A stretch of 64,000 nucleotides of DNA from Candidatus Uhrbacteria bacterium (lineage in GTDB: Bacteria > Patescibacteriota > Patescibacteriia > UBA9934 > GWF2-40-263), in contig JACPHU010000002.1 of the NCBI GenBank assembly GCA_016188495.1, positions 7,363 through 71,362 on the forward strand. The letters run 5' to 3'. Each line of letters starts with the position of its first letter. Positions within the stretch are counted from its first letter, which is position 1. Made by a program: the position numbers and the translations under genes. Positions 40,374 through 49,762 of this stretch are shown piece by piece. The notes under the pieces are model-generated. The model saw only the letters and a list, made by a program, of their open reading frames with translations. It searched no databases and had not been told where the DNA came from.

Positions 40374-40847
40374 ATGGCAGGGAGGAAACAGCAGAAAAAA
40401 GAATCAGGTTGGTCAATCGCGATTGTGGTCGCGATTGTTTTTGTTGCGAGTTTGTTTTTGATTGTGCGATCTGCTCCGGAACAGGTGTTTGCTTTTTCTC
40501 AAGACGCAAGAGTACAGCTCACAGGTGTGACACGGTCTTCTGGATCTGTTGAAATTCAACGGCTCGATGACGTTGAAAAATCTGTTCGATATCTTTTGAG
40601 TCCCGTGTATGAAATCACGCTGACAAGCCAGGGAACGATTCAGAACGGAGAATTACTTTTTTTCTTTGAAAGAACAGCAGAACATAACCCGACGCAGGAG
40701 ATCGTTCTTTATACGTTTAATACGGATACTCTTGATTGGGAATCCATCCCTGCTTTTTTTGATTTTTCTACGCAGTCATTCACTGCGCCTATAGAATTTT
40801 CGGGCAGTCTGTTGGTTGCGGTTGGATCACGTGTTAAAAGTGAATAA
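40374..40847 (+). CDS. Hypothetical membrane-anchored protein
   Basis: N-terminal TM helix followed by a beta-rich domain. Confidence 0.7.
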   Translation: MAGRKQQKKESGWSIAIVVAIVFVASLFLIVRSAPEQVFAFSQDARVQLTGVTRSSGSVEIQRLDDVEKSVRYLLSPVYEITLTSQGTIQNGELLFFFERTAEHNPTQEIVLYTFNTDTLDWESIPAFFDFSTQSFTAPIEFSGSLLVAVGSRVKSE

Positions 40848-40849
40848 CT

Positions 40850-40970
40850 TAGGACTTCCTCACTTGGCGCATAGCTTTTCGAAATCTACGTTTTTTGTTC
40901 ACTGTATGTGAATACAGCTCACAAAAAGCCTCGATTTCTTCGCGCTCTGCATCCAATTGAGAAAGTCCTA
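40850..40970 (+). repeat. Hairpin element family, subtype B copy B2
   Basis: TAGGACTTcCTCA...TGAGaAAGTCCTA; near-identical to B1, with a compensatory A-T to G-C change in the terminal stem. Confidence 0.9.
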
Positions 40971-41081
40971 TAACTTCGAGAACTTTTGTTTTGTAGCTCA
41001 GAAATACGTGTGCTATAATTGAGGCAACAAATTTATAACGTTCTTTTTTCTCGAAGGGAGACCTACCGAGGAGAGAAGTCT

Positions 41082-41585
41082 ATGTCAACCAAAACACAAA
41101 TCGATTCCGCAATCCCTGAGATGAAAACCGTAAAGAAACCGGTGGCTAAAAAGAGTCTTGCTGCGAAAAAGAAATCGCCAGTGAAAAAGACCGTAAACAC
41201 AACAAAGCCATCTGTAAAAAAAGCTTCGCCAAAGAAGGTTTCTTCCAAAAAAACCGTTGTCAAAAAAAGTGGTTCCATCTCCATTGCCAAAGAAGAGCCC
41301 ATGATGTTCTCGGCTCCATCAGTTGCTATTTTAGAAAACGAAATTCATCATGCGAACAAGCCCGTTGAAATTCAACGGAAGATCATTTTAGTGGGTACCT
41401 GTCGTAACTGCGATCATATGCCCATGGGAGTAAATAAGCTCGTAGCCGTGTTGTCTCTTGCTATCGCCCTTCTTTCAGGAATGCTTATTTATTCTTCTTC
41501 TCCCATGCAATTTAGAATGCCGTCTCTTTCTATGAACTCGCTGACGCAGTGGGTGACTCCGAATTCTCATGTCAAAAATTTGTAA
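41082..41585 (+). CDS. Hypothetical protein with Lys-rich N-terminus, CxxC and TM helix
   Basis: KKPVAKKS..KKSPVKK..KKASPKK repeats; CRNC; hydrophobic segment. Confidence 0.65.
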   Translation: MSTKTQIDSAIPEMKTVKKPVAKKSLAAKKKSPVKKTVNTTKPSVKKASPKKVSSKKTVVKKSGSISIAKEEPMMFSAPSVAILENEIHHANKPVEIQRKIILVGTCRNCDHMPMGVNKLVAVLSLAIALLSGMLIYSSSPMQFRMPSLSMNSLTQWVTPNSHVKNL

Positions 41586-41587
41586 AT

Positions 41588-42193
41588 ATGAAACGATCGT
41601 TTCTCGCTCTCTCAGGTCTCTTTCTTCTTTTGGGAGCCGGATGTACTCCAGCCGCGCAAGAGTCATCTTCAATCACTTTTACCTATCCAGATTCTGTGGA
41701 ACAAACAACGCAAAACCCAACATGGACGTTTCCTGGTACGCTTCCAGAAGCGCAAATTCAACAGAAGCAAATCCGTCTTTCAACGAGCAAAGGCGAGATC
41801 GTCTTTGAGCTTTTTGACGATACCGCTCCCCAAACCGTTTCAAATTTTGTGTACCTCACCCAAGGCGGATTTTATAACGGTCTTACGTTTCATCGTCGCG
41901 AAGAAGGATTCGTTATTCAAGGAGGAGATCCAAATGGAAACGGCACTGGTGGTCCAGGATATAAGTTTTCCGATGAATTGAATGATTCCTACACCTACGA
42001 ACGAGGGATTGTGGCGATGGCCAACAGTGGTCCTAATACAAACGGTTCTCAATTTTTTATCATGTTGGATGATACACCTTTACCAAAAGCCTATTCGATC
42101 TTTGGTCGCGTGACACAAGGAATGGATGTGGTAGATACTATTGCTGTAGGGGATGTGATGACGCAAGTCACGGTTGAAGACCAAACAAAGTAA
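41588..42193 (+). CDS. Cyclophilin-type peptidyl-prolyl isomerase, lipoprotein
   Basis: Lipobox LGAGC; FHR, FVIQGGDP and GSQFFI motifs. Confidence 0.93.
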   Translation: MKRSFLALSGLFLLLGAGCTPAAQESSSITFTYPDSVEQTTQNPTWTFPGTLPEAQIQQKQIRLSTSKGEIVFELFDDTAPQTVSNFVYLTQGGFYNGLTFHRREEGFVIQGGDPNGNGTGGPGYKFSDELNDSYTYERGIVAMANSGPNTNGSQFFIMLDDTPLPKAYSIFGRVTQGMDVVDTIAVGDVMTQVTVEDQTK

Positions 42194-42262
42194 TACAGAA
42201 AAAAATAAGAAAGAAGTAAAAACACAGAGCATAAAACTCTGTGTTTTTGATTCAAGGAAAAC

Positions 42263-42291
42263 AAAAAACCGCCAAACACGTTTTGGCGGTT
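42263..42291 (-). terminator. Intrinsic terminator
   Basis: AACCGCCAAA-loop-TTTGGCGGTT with an A run on the plus-strand left side. Confidence 0.65.
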
Positions 42292-42307
42292 ACAAGGCGC
42301 ACGAGAG

Positions 42308-43150
42308 TTACCTCGCGAATACCTCCATTCGGGCGGCGATCTTGCCGGAGAGTTCATGGAGTTCTTTCTGATGTTCCACAATCTCCGTAAGACGTCCGTC
42401 GATCTGATCAACGATTTCGTCTGCGGATCGGTTTGCTCCAATGGAAGTTCCGAGTTTTCCTTCCAACAAAAGCCTGCGCGCGTATTCCATGTTGTCGCAC
42501 AGATACTTTTCATCTGCTCGCAGTTCCGCGATCAGACTCGCGATATCTTCCAAAGGAATGAGTCCAAGCTCTGCCTGGTCGATCAGGCGATTGATCATCT
42601 TCACATTGAAATCCCAAGCTTCCATGTTGTGGAAGAAGGAACGCAAGGCAGGAAGACGATCGTCTTGGAGTTCTCTTGGGCTTTTGAGTTCCTCTGCTTT
42701 CAATTTGAGCATTTGTCCGTATCGATAGATCCAATGAGGGAATCCGAAGGTTTTCCAGATGATTGTTGACAGCATCGTTATTTCTTTAAAACGTACCGAT
42801 GAATCTTCCTCAGGATAGATCGACTTGCGAATGCGAATACCTCCAGGTGTGACCTTTCTGTTATCCTCATATATACACACGAGAATTTGAGAAATCCAGA
42901 ACAATAGTATAAGAATCCAGGTCCACATTGGAAGATCAAGAATAAAAATGAGACATGGACCCAATGCGTTGACGCTCAAATAACAGAGGATAAGTCCGAA
43001 GGCATCATCTTCCTTAAATTTTTCCCATTTTTTAAGACATGCTTTTCGTTCGTTTTCTGTTTCCTCGGCCAATTCAATGGCGTTCTTTGCTTGGATAAGT
43101 TCGTGAGGAAGGCGTTCTTTCAAGGCAAGAAATTTTTCCGGAAGTTCCAC
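42308..43150 (-). CDS. Orphan membrane protein with coiled-coil C-terminus
   Basis: 280 aa with two TM helices; AAGGAG SD; TTGACG-17-TAGTTT promoter at 43227-43199. Confidence 0.7.
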   Translation of the reverse strand: MELPEKFLALKERLPHELIQAKNAIELAEETENERKACLKKWEKFKEDDAFGLILCYLSVNALGPCLIFILDLPMWTWILILLFWISQILVCIYEDNRKVTPGGIRIRKSIYPEEDSSVRFKEITMLSTIIWKTFGFPHWIYRYGQMLKLKAEELKSPRELQDDRLPALRSFFHNMEAWDFNVKMINRLIDQAELGLIPLEDIASLIAELRADEKYLCDNMEYARRLLLEGKLGTSIGANRSADEIVDQIDGRLTEIVEHQKELHELSGKIAARMEVFAR

Positions 43151-43295
43151 GTGGTTCTCCTTTTGAGGTGTGGGGATTGATGTAAAGAACGACTTTAGAA
43201 ACTACTGTAAAACAACCCAAACGTCAATGGTTTAACAAAAATCCGCCTCATCTTTTTTGAAGATTTGGCGGAATAGATTCCTCCTGACGCACAGG

Positions 43296-43829
43296 TTACT
43301 GATGGTTAGTACCTGTTTTTTTGATCGTGGGTTTTGCACCTGTGGCTTGCGCAACGGGCGGGGCTGTAATCAGTTTCAGACCAGATTCCCCAGTAATCTC
43401 CTGGAGAATCTTTCGAGAGGAACAATGTATATCAGGACAACGTCCTTCTGTTCGCGGGACGTGTTTTTCACACTCGATGCATTTCCAGTCTCGATGAGAC
43501 GCCGTTTTTTTCCGGTGGCACCATTCCATCCACCAAGCCGTCAGTGCAAGCGTTTCCTCCGTTTCTTCAGACAAGTCCTTCAGAAGATCGTTCTTTTGAG
43601 GAACTAACTGATAGAAGGGTATTTGGTTTGGAGTCAATCGTAGAATTTGGATCTCTCCTTCAAAGAGACAGGATACAAGCGGGTGTAAACGCATCCACAA
43701 CACAGAGGGAAGTTCTTTTGGCGTAAGAACATGTCCTATTCCACCATAAATATGGGTGAATTCCATCCCGTCTTGATCCATCTTTATTTGGAGAGGGAAA
43801 AGGGTGATACCACGGGTTTGTGTACTCAT
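43296..43829 (-). CDS. Orphan protein with C-terminal Zn-ribbon motif
   Basis: WKCIEC...RCPDIHC; AGGAG SD. Confidence 0.6.
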   Translation of the reverse strand: MSTQTRGITLFPLQIKMDQDGMEFTHIYGGIGHVLTPKELPSVLWMRLHPLVSCLFEGEIQILRLTPNQIPFYQLVPQKNDLLKDLSEETEETLALTAWWMEWCHRKKTASHRDWKCIECEKHVPRTEGRCPDIHCSSRKILQEITGESGLKLITAPPVAQATGAKPTIKKTGTNHQ

Positions 43830-43875
43830 GCGTCTCCTATCTGTGGTGAGTGCCAGAACCTGTTATAATACTAAC

Positions 43876-45276
43876 ATGCAAGGAACAATAAGTGAAAAAA
43901 CATTCTATCAATATCTCAAGTGCCCAAATTGGGTGTATTTTGACGCATACGCGCAAGCTGCCCGTCCGCATGATGCACTGATGTCTAAGCTTCAAGACGA
44001 CGGACTTATCGAAGAAAAAGAACGGGATCTTCTTACGGATCGTCAGGATTTGGTTGAAGTGACCGCTGAAGATCCTGACGAAGCGTTTGCTCAAACGCTG
44101 ACGTTTATGCGTGAGGCGCGCCAGACGATTTATCATGGAGTGCTCGTGGATAAACATTGGGTAGGGCATCCTGATATTTTAGAGAAAGTTGAGGGACGCT
44201 CTCACTTGGGGAATTATTACTATGTTGCCGCTGATATTAAACGATCTCGAGAAGTTCGTGATGATTATAAGTTTCAGGGATGTTTTTATGCCGAGCTTTT
44301 GGAACGTATTCAGGGCGTTAAGCCTGTTCAGGGATACATCCTAACACCCGAGAATCAGAGTCTGTCTTATTTAATTGAAGAGTTTGAGGCCAAGTATGAA
44401 CTGACACTGACCGAAATCGAGAAGATTATTGCCGGCAAACGTCCGGCACATTTTGTGACTTCAGGATGTAAGCAGTCGCCTTGGTACAAAGAATGCCGGC
44501 ACGAATCGGAGAGTTGCGAAGATCTTTCTTTATTGAACCGCGTCTGGCGGGACGAAGTGTCTAAACTCGAAGAAGCGGGGATTAAGACGATTGGACAGCT
44601 TGCCCTGAAATCTATTCCGGAATTAGAAAAGATTGCACCAGAGGTCAGTTCTTCTCGTCTTGAAATGATGCGCGACCAAGCCATCGCGATTAAAGAAAAT
44701 CGTTATATTATTCGTGGAACGGTAGATTTGCCAGAGTCCAATATTGAACTCTATTTTGATATTGAAAGCGATCCGTTGCGTGATTTTGATTACTTGTTTG
44801 GAGTTTTGGAAGTAACCCCGCAAGGAGAGCACTATCATTCTTTTTTTGCTCAGACTCCTGAACAAGAGGGAGCGATGTGGGCAGAGTTCGTTCAATTCAT
44901 TGAACGCCATATCGATGCGCCGATCTATCATTATGGCTGGTTTGAAGAAGAAGTCGTTCATCGATTCGCTGCCAAATATGGTATCGGAGAAATAGCTCGT
45001 GAAGCCCTTGAACGTAACATGATCGATCTTCTTTCCGTGATTCGTCCGGCTATTATTTTCCCCCTCTCTTTCTATTCATTGAAAGACATTGCTGGGTATA
45101 TTGGGTTTGAATGGCGGAGCAAAGATGCCTCTGGGGCTAATTCCGTTGTCTGGTTTGAAGAGTGGCTTCAGAAAAAGAGTCCGAAACTTATTCAGAAGAT
45201 TTTGGAATATAATGAAGATGATGTCCGCGCAACGTATCGGCTTCAACGTTGGGTACGCGAACATGTGATGTTATGA
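43876..45276 (+). CDS. TM0106-family RecB-like nuclease
   Basis: GHPDIL..DIK (RecB-like); YFDIES, YSLK and YNEDDVRAT (RNase H-like C-terminus). Confidence 0.88.
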   Translation: MQGTISEKTFYQYLKCPNWVYFDAYAQAARPHDALMSKLQDDGLIEEKERDLLTDRQDLVEVTAEDPDEAFAQTLTFMREARQTIYHGVLVDKHWVGHPDILEKVEGRSHLGNYYYVAADIKRSREVRDDYKFQGCFYAELLERIQGVKPVQGYILTPENQSLSYLIEEFEAKYELTLTEIEKIIAGKRPAHFVTSGCKQSPWYKECRHESESCEDLSLLNRVWRDEVSKLEEAGIKTIGQLALKSIPELEKIAPEVSSSRLEMMRDQAIAIKENRYIIRGTVDLPESNIELYFDIESDPLRDFDYLFGVLEVTPQGEHYHSFFAQTPEQEGAMWAEFVQFIERHIDAPIYHYGWFEEEVVHRFAAKYGIGEIAREALERNMIDLLSVIRPAIIFPLSFYSLKDIAGYIGFEWRSKDASGANSVVWFEEWLQKKSPKLIQKILEYNEDDVRATYRLQRWVREHVML

Positions 45277-45617
45277 AACACCCGTTTCTTTTATTCACTA
45301 TTTTTCTTCTCCTGATCTTGATCGCTTTTCTTTTTTGGAAAAAGCCTTTTTCAGAACCGATGGAACAGAGCGCTCCACCTGCACAAGAATCTGTGAGGAC
45401 ACCTCCTGTAGATCAGTCAACATCGACAGAACTTACACCGTCTTCTTGTGAAGATTCCGGAGGCCGTTGGAATGAGTGCGGTTCGGCGTGCCGTACGCAG
45501 CCGGGGGTTCCTTGTATTGAGCTATGCGTTCCTTATTGCGAATGTCAGGCTTCCAATGAATGTCCTACGGGATTTTCCTGTACAGATTTTGTTCAAGGAA
45601 TAGGTATTTGTGTATGA
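45273..45617 (+). CDS. Cys-rich secreted or membrane-anchored protein
   Basis: N-terminal TM helix; CEDSGGRWNECGSAC...CIELCVPYCEC. Confidence 0.7.
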   Translation: MKHPFLLFTIFLLLILIAFLFWKKPFSEPMEQSAPPAQESVRTPPVDQSTSTELTPSSCEDSGGRWNECGSACRTQPGVPCIELCVPYCECQASNECPTGFSCTDFVQGIGICV

Positions 45618-46534
45618 ATACATTTCGAAAAGGTTCTATCATTTTTATCGTAATCATCGCCGTTGCTGGGGGGCTTTATGTTCAGCGTGCACAGATTTTG
45701 GAGCGGTATAGAGCTATGAGCAAGCCCGCGTTGCCTGTTCCGGTAGAGTATCAAGAGATGCTTCTCCAGGAACAAAAAGAGAGAAAAGAAAAAGAAACAT
45801 TTGAAGATTCAATCCCTCAAGAACAGGAAGAAGTAACAGAAGAATTAACAGAAGATGAGGAAAATATTCCCTCTGAGCAAGAGGTACCTATTGTTGAGGA
45901 GGAAGTCGTCCCAACCCAACCTCAGGAACCTGTGCCTGTAGAGGAACCCGAAATCGTTCCTTCCTCCCTTAATTTAGCGGTCCCTTTTACCTCCCAAGCT
46001 CCTCATGGAAATTGGGATGAGCCTTATCAAGAAGCCTGCGAAGAAGCCAGTCTGTATATGGTTCAACAGTATTATGTCGGACAACCTGAAGGGAATATCG
46101 ACGCGGATCGCGCAGATGCAGATTTGCTCAATATCGTTGCTTTTGAGCGGGAACTTTTTGGATATTATGAAGATACAACAGCACAACAGACGGGCTTATT
46201 AGCGGAAGCCATGTTTGGACTCACTGCCAGACTTATTCAAGATCCATCCGTTGACGATATTAAAAATGAGCTCGCACTTGGGCACCCTGTGATTGTTCCA
46301 GCCGCAGGTCGTTTATTGGGAAATCCTTATTTTACCGCTCCCGGTCCTCTCTATCACATGCTTGTTATTCGCGGATATACCACTGACAATCAGTTCATTG
46401 TCAACGATCCGGGAACTTCCCGTGGAGAAGCATTTTTGTACGATGTTGATACCCTTTTTTATGCCATGCATGATTGGAATAATGGAGAGGAAATCACTCA
46501 GGGAGCAAAAACCGTCTTAATTCTTTCTCCCTAA
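45614..46534 (+). CDS. C39-like peptidase domain protein
   Basis: VPFTSQAP, QEACEEAS, HMLVIRGY and VNDPG motifs. Confidence 0.85.
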   Translation: MNTFRKGSIIFIVIIAVAGGLYVQRAQILERYRAMSKPALPVPVEYQEMLLQEQKERKEKETFEDSIPQEQEEVTEELTEDEENIPSEQEVPIVEEEVVPTQPQEPVPVEEPEIVPSSLNLAVPFTSQAPHGNWDEPYQEACEEASLYMVQQYYVGQPEGNIDADRADADLLNIVAFERELFGYYEDTTAQQTGLLAEAMFGLTARLIQDPSVDDIKNELALGHPVIVPAAGRLLGNPYFTAPGPLYHMLVIRGYTTDNQFIVNDPGTSRGEAFLYDVDTLFYAMHDWNNGEEITQGAKTVLILSP

Positions 46535-46563
46535 CGTTTTCCTTTTTAACGGAGTATAAATGT

Positions 46564-47037
46564 ATGTTGACCGATTATATTCTTGGAGGATCATTGGGCG
46601 GCCTCATTGCGTTTGTTTTTGCTATTCCTGCTATCGTGTTAGAAATGACTGAATCAGGCAAGGTGAAAAACGCTCCTCTCTTGGTTGATGTAAAAACGAT
46701 TTTTGGATTGAAGATTATTCATAAACACGAAGTTTTTTTTATCGGATTGCTTCTTCATCTTGTGTTTGGTTTTCTGTTTGGGATTGTCTACGTTTTGTTC
46801 GTGGAACAAGGATGGCTTTTTGTCACACATGCTCCTTATACCGTTTTTTCTCTTGTTGTCTTTGCTTTTTTAAGTTGGGTTGTTGTAGGGGTGATTATTT
46901 ATCCGTTGTTAGGTTTAGGTATTTTTGGATTAAAAGAAGGTCCACGTGTATGGCTTGAAACACTTACCTCTCATTTGATTTTAGCTTTTTCTTTGTGGCT
47001 TTTAGTACGGTATTTTCAGCCATTCTTTTTTAATTAG
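46564..47037 (+). CDS. Hypothetical membrane protein
   Basis: Four hydrophobic segments with intramembrane His (LHLVFG, SHLI). Confidence 0.75.
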   Translation: MLTDYILGGSLGGLIAFVFAIPAIVLEMTESGKVKNAPLLVDVKTIFGLKIIHKHEVFFIGLLLHLVFGFLFGIVYVLFVEQGWLFVTHAPYTVFSLVVFAFLSWVVVGVIIYPLLGLGIFGLKEGPRVWLETLTSHLILAFSLWLLVRYFQPFFFN

Positions 47038-47159
47038 GACTTTCTCATTTGGCGATCTACTTGCGCTTCGCCCATAAAAACCTGCGTCGTATATCTGTAT
47101 ACGCCTCCGGTTTTTATGGACTCCAGCGCGGCGCATCTCATCCAAATGAGAAAGTCCTA
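47035..47159 (+). repeat. Hairpin element family, subtype B copy B3 (before xseA)
   Basis: Perfect IR TAGGACTTTCTCATTTGG/CCAAATGAGAAAGTCCTA enclosing CGATCT...ATCTCAT; begins at the upstream TAG. Confidence 0.88.
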
Positions 47160-47181
47160 TTAATCCTCCATTATAGCAAGC

Positions 47182-48390
47182 ATGTCAGCACAGGTTATTT
47201 CCGTTGGTGAGTACTTAGAGCTCGTCAATCAGACATTAAAATATATTCCTTCCGCAACCCTTCAGGTAGAAGGGGAGGTTTCTGATTATCGAGTGGCTCA
47301 AGGAAAGTGGGTGAGTTTTGATTTGAAAGATGAAACTACAGAGGCTGTATTGAAGTGTTTTATGACCACCTGGCAGCTCAAGACGCCTTTGGAGGATGGA
47401 ATGCGTGTACAGGTCAAAGGGTATCCCAAAGTGTATGAACGTTTTGGAACGTTTAAAATGAACGTTCAAGAGGTTGAGTTGGTAGGCGAAGGGGCTTTGC
47501 GCCGCGCTTATGAACTTTTAAAAAAGAAACTTGAGACCGAAGGGTTATTTGAAATTTCTCGAAAGCGACCCTTAACCAGATTTCCCCAGCGAATCGGTCT
47601 TATTACTTCTCGCGATGCCGCGGCTTACGGAGATTTTATTCGTATTCTGAATAATCGTTGGGGAGGCGTTCATTTGTTATTTGCCCATGTTCACGTGCAA
47701 GGCAAAGAGGCTGTGGGGGAAATCGTAGAGGCATTCTCTTTTTTTAATAAGCTTTCTCAAGAAGAACGACCCGATGTGCTCGTATTGACCCGAGGCGGGG
47801 GAGGTCTTGAAGATCTCCATGCGTTTAATGATGAAGAGGTCGCGCGTGCGATCTACGCGTCTGTTATTCCCGTGGTGTGTGCTGTTGGGCACGAACGCGA
47901 TGAATCGCTCGCGGATTTTGTGGCCGACGTCCGTGCCTCCACTCCTTCTAATGCAGCGGAGAGAGTTGTTCCTTCTCGCCAGGATGTTCTCTATGAAATT
48001 GAGACGTTGACTCGACATATGGAATCCCGTCTATCTGATGTGATCCAAGATTTTAGTTATGTGATTGAACGGGCCACTCAGTTAATCGGATTTATTCTTG
48101 AACAACAAAAACAACATCTTGCACGTGCAACGGAAGGGGTTGTTTTGACCACTCAGCAATGGCTTACGCGTCTGGATGCCAAGCGCGAAGCTGCCCAAAG
48201 GTTGTTGCGTCAAGTTGATCCAAAGCGTGTGCTTGCCAGAGGGTATAGTCTGGTTTTTTCTGATGGAATGGTTGTGAAAGAAGCAGAACAACTTGAAGTT
48301 GGGGGCGAAATTACGGTACAATTTGCCACAAGCCTCGCTGACGCACGGGTAGTAAGGATTAATGGAAGAGGGCAGCAAAAGTTGATGTAA
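47182..48390 (+). CDS. xseA: Exodeoxyribonuclease VII large subunit
   Basis: EGEVS, RGGGGLEDL, VGHERD and RASTPSNAAE motifs. Confidence 0.95.
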   Translation: MSAQVISVGEYLELVNQTLKYIPSATLQVEGEVSDYRVAQGKWVSFDLKDETTEAVLKCFMTTWQLKTPLEDGMRVQVKGYPKVYERFGTFKMNVQEVELVGEGALRRAYELLKKKLETEGLFEISRKRPLTRFPQRIGLITSRDAAAYGDFIRILNNRWGGVHLLFAHVHVQGKEAVGEIVEAFSFFNKLSQEERPDVLVLTRGGGGLEDLHAFNDEEVARAIYASVIPVVCAVGHERDESLADFVADVRASTPSNAAERVVPSRQDVLYEIETLTRHMESRLSDVIQDFSYVIERATQLIGFILEQQKQHLARATEGVVLTTQQWLTRLDAKREAAQRLLRQVDPKRVLARGYSLVFSDGMVVKEAEQLEVGGEITVQFATSLADARVVRINGRGQQKLM

Positions 48391-48399
48391 CTAAAACGT

Positions 48400-48612
48400 A
48401 TGAGTGTAAAGAAAAAATCGATTCATTTTACCACCGCATTTGAGGAGCTGGAACAAATTACAAAATGGTTTGATTCAGAAGAGCAACTTGATCTGGATAT
48501 GGGGCTCAAAAAATTTGAACGAGGTCTTGAGTTGGCAGATGAGTTGAAGAAAAAACTGGTAGAAGTTGAAAATAAAGTAGAGGAAATTAAAACAAAGTTT
48601 TTAAACGAATGA
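48400..48612 (+). CDS. xseB: Exodeoxyribonuclease VII small subunit
   Basis: F..AFEELEQI, LD.GLKKFERG; downstream of xseA. Confidence 0.9.
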   Translation: MSVKKKSIHFTTAFEELEQITKWFDSEEQLDLDMGLKKFERGLELADELKKKLVEVENKVEEIKTKFLNE

Positions 48613-48618
48613 TCATTT

Positions 48619-48972
48619 ATGGCTTATCTTCTTTTTCGATGGGTCATCAATGGACTGGCCCTGCTCTTGGTTGCCAATATTGTTCCTGGGTTTGCTATTG
48701 ATTCATTTTATAGCGCATTGATTGCTTCTTTGGTCTTGGGTTTGGTTAATGCTCTGGTTCGTCCTCTGTTTTTGATCCTCACGTTGCCTGTGACCATTTT
48801 AACTCTTGGTCTTTTTACTTTCGTCATTAATGCATTCATGATTTGGCTTGTTTCAACGGTTGTCAAAGGATTTACGGTTGATGGATTTGTTCCGGCACTG
48901 TTAGCCGCTTTGCTGTTATGGGTTTGTTCTCTCATTACCAATTGGCTTATTAAACAATCTAAAGAAAGTTAA
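48619..48972 (+). CDS. 4-TM phage-holin-family (YvlD-like) membrane protein
   Basis: LVNALVRP...LTLPVTILTLGLF...INA. Confidence 0.85.
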   Translation: MAYLLFRWVINGLALLLVANIVPGFAIDSFYSALIASLVLGLVNALVRPLFLILTLPVTILTLGLFTFVINAFMIWLVSTVVKGFTVDGFVPALLAALLLWVCSLITNWLIKQSKES

Positions 48973-48976
48973 CATC

Positions 48977-48998
48977 GACGCCTGTGGGCGTCTTTTTT
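48977..48998 (+). terminator. Intrinsic terminator
   Basis: GACGCC-tgtg-GGCGTC followed by TTTTTT. Confidence 0.7.
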
Positions 48999-49003
48999 AA
49001 ACT

Positions 49004-49717
49004 ATGTCCCATTCAAATTCTCTTAAACCTTCCACACTTGTTATTTCGGTTGGCGGATCGCTAGTAGTTCCCAATGGTGGTATCGACCATGTCTTTTTGA
49101 AAGATTTTAAAAGCATGGTAACAAAACACGTAAAAAAAGGCTGGAGATTTGTGATTGTGGTGGGTGGCGGAGGAACCGCTCGGGCTTATCAGGAGGCGTC
49201 TAGAAAAGTAGGGAAGTTAACACGTGATGATCTTGATTGGTTGGGCATTCATTCCACACGTTTGAATGGTCATTTGGTACGTACGATTCTTCGTGAATTG
49301 GCACACCCTGTCATGATTAAAGATCCAACGAGTGAGTTCAAACATTGGAAGAAACCGATTCTCGTGGCGGCAGGCTGGAAGCCGGGATGGTCTACCGATT
49401 ATGTGGCGACGCGTTTGGCTAAGCGATTGAAAAGTCCTTTGGTCGTGAATCTTTCCAATATTGATTACGTCTACGATAAAGATCCAAACAAACATAAGGA
49501 TGCTGAAATTATTTGTAGTATTTCTTGGAAAGATTTTCGTAAAATGGTCGGCAACGAATGGGATCCTGGTATGAACGTCCCGTTTGATCCGGTTGCCTCA
49601 CGTCTGGCCCATCGTTCAGGCATTAACGTTGCCATCTTAAACGGAAAAAATATGAAGAATTTGGACGGACTCCTCAAAGGAGATCGATTTGTTGGAACCG
49701 TCATCGGTGGAAATTAA
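49004..49717 (+). CDS. pyrH: UMP kinase (archaeal-type)
   Basis: SVGGS, VVGGGGTARAY, PGWSTD and YDKDP motifs. Confidence 0.88.
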   Translation: MSHSNSLKPSTLVISVGGSLVVPNGGIDHVFLKDFKSMVTKHVKKGWRFVIVVGGGGTARAYQEASRKVGKLTRDDLDWLGIHSTRLNGHLVRTILRELAHPVMIKDPTSEFKHWKKPILVAAGWKPGWSTDYVATRLAKRLKSPLVVNLSNIDYVYDKDPNKHKDAEIICSISWKDFRKMVGNEWDPGMNVPFDPVASRLAHRSGINVAILNGKNMKNLDGLLKGDRFVGTVIGGN

Positions 49718-49762
49718 AAAAGAGCGTTTTAACGCTCAAAGAGGGAAGAGAACCGAAAGAGA

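Noticed and set aside
43876-45276. RecB-like nuclease as Cas4 or a defence system
   Set aside because: It has the TM0106 architecture and no array or partner genes
48619-48972. Holin-family gene as evidence of a prophage
   Set aside because: This family is common on chromosomes, and no phage structural, lysis or integration genes are nearby
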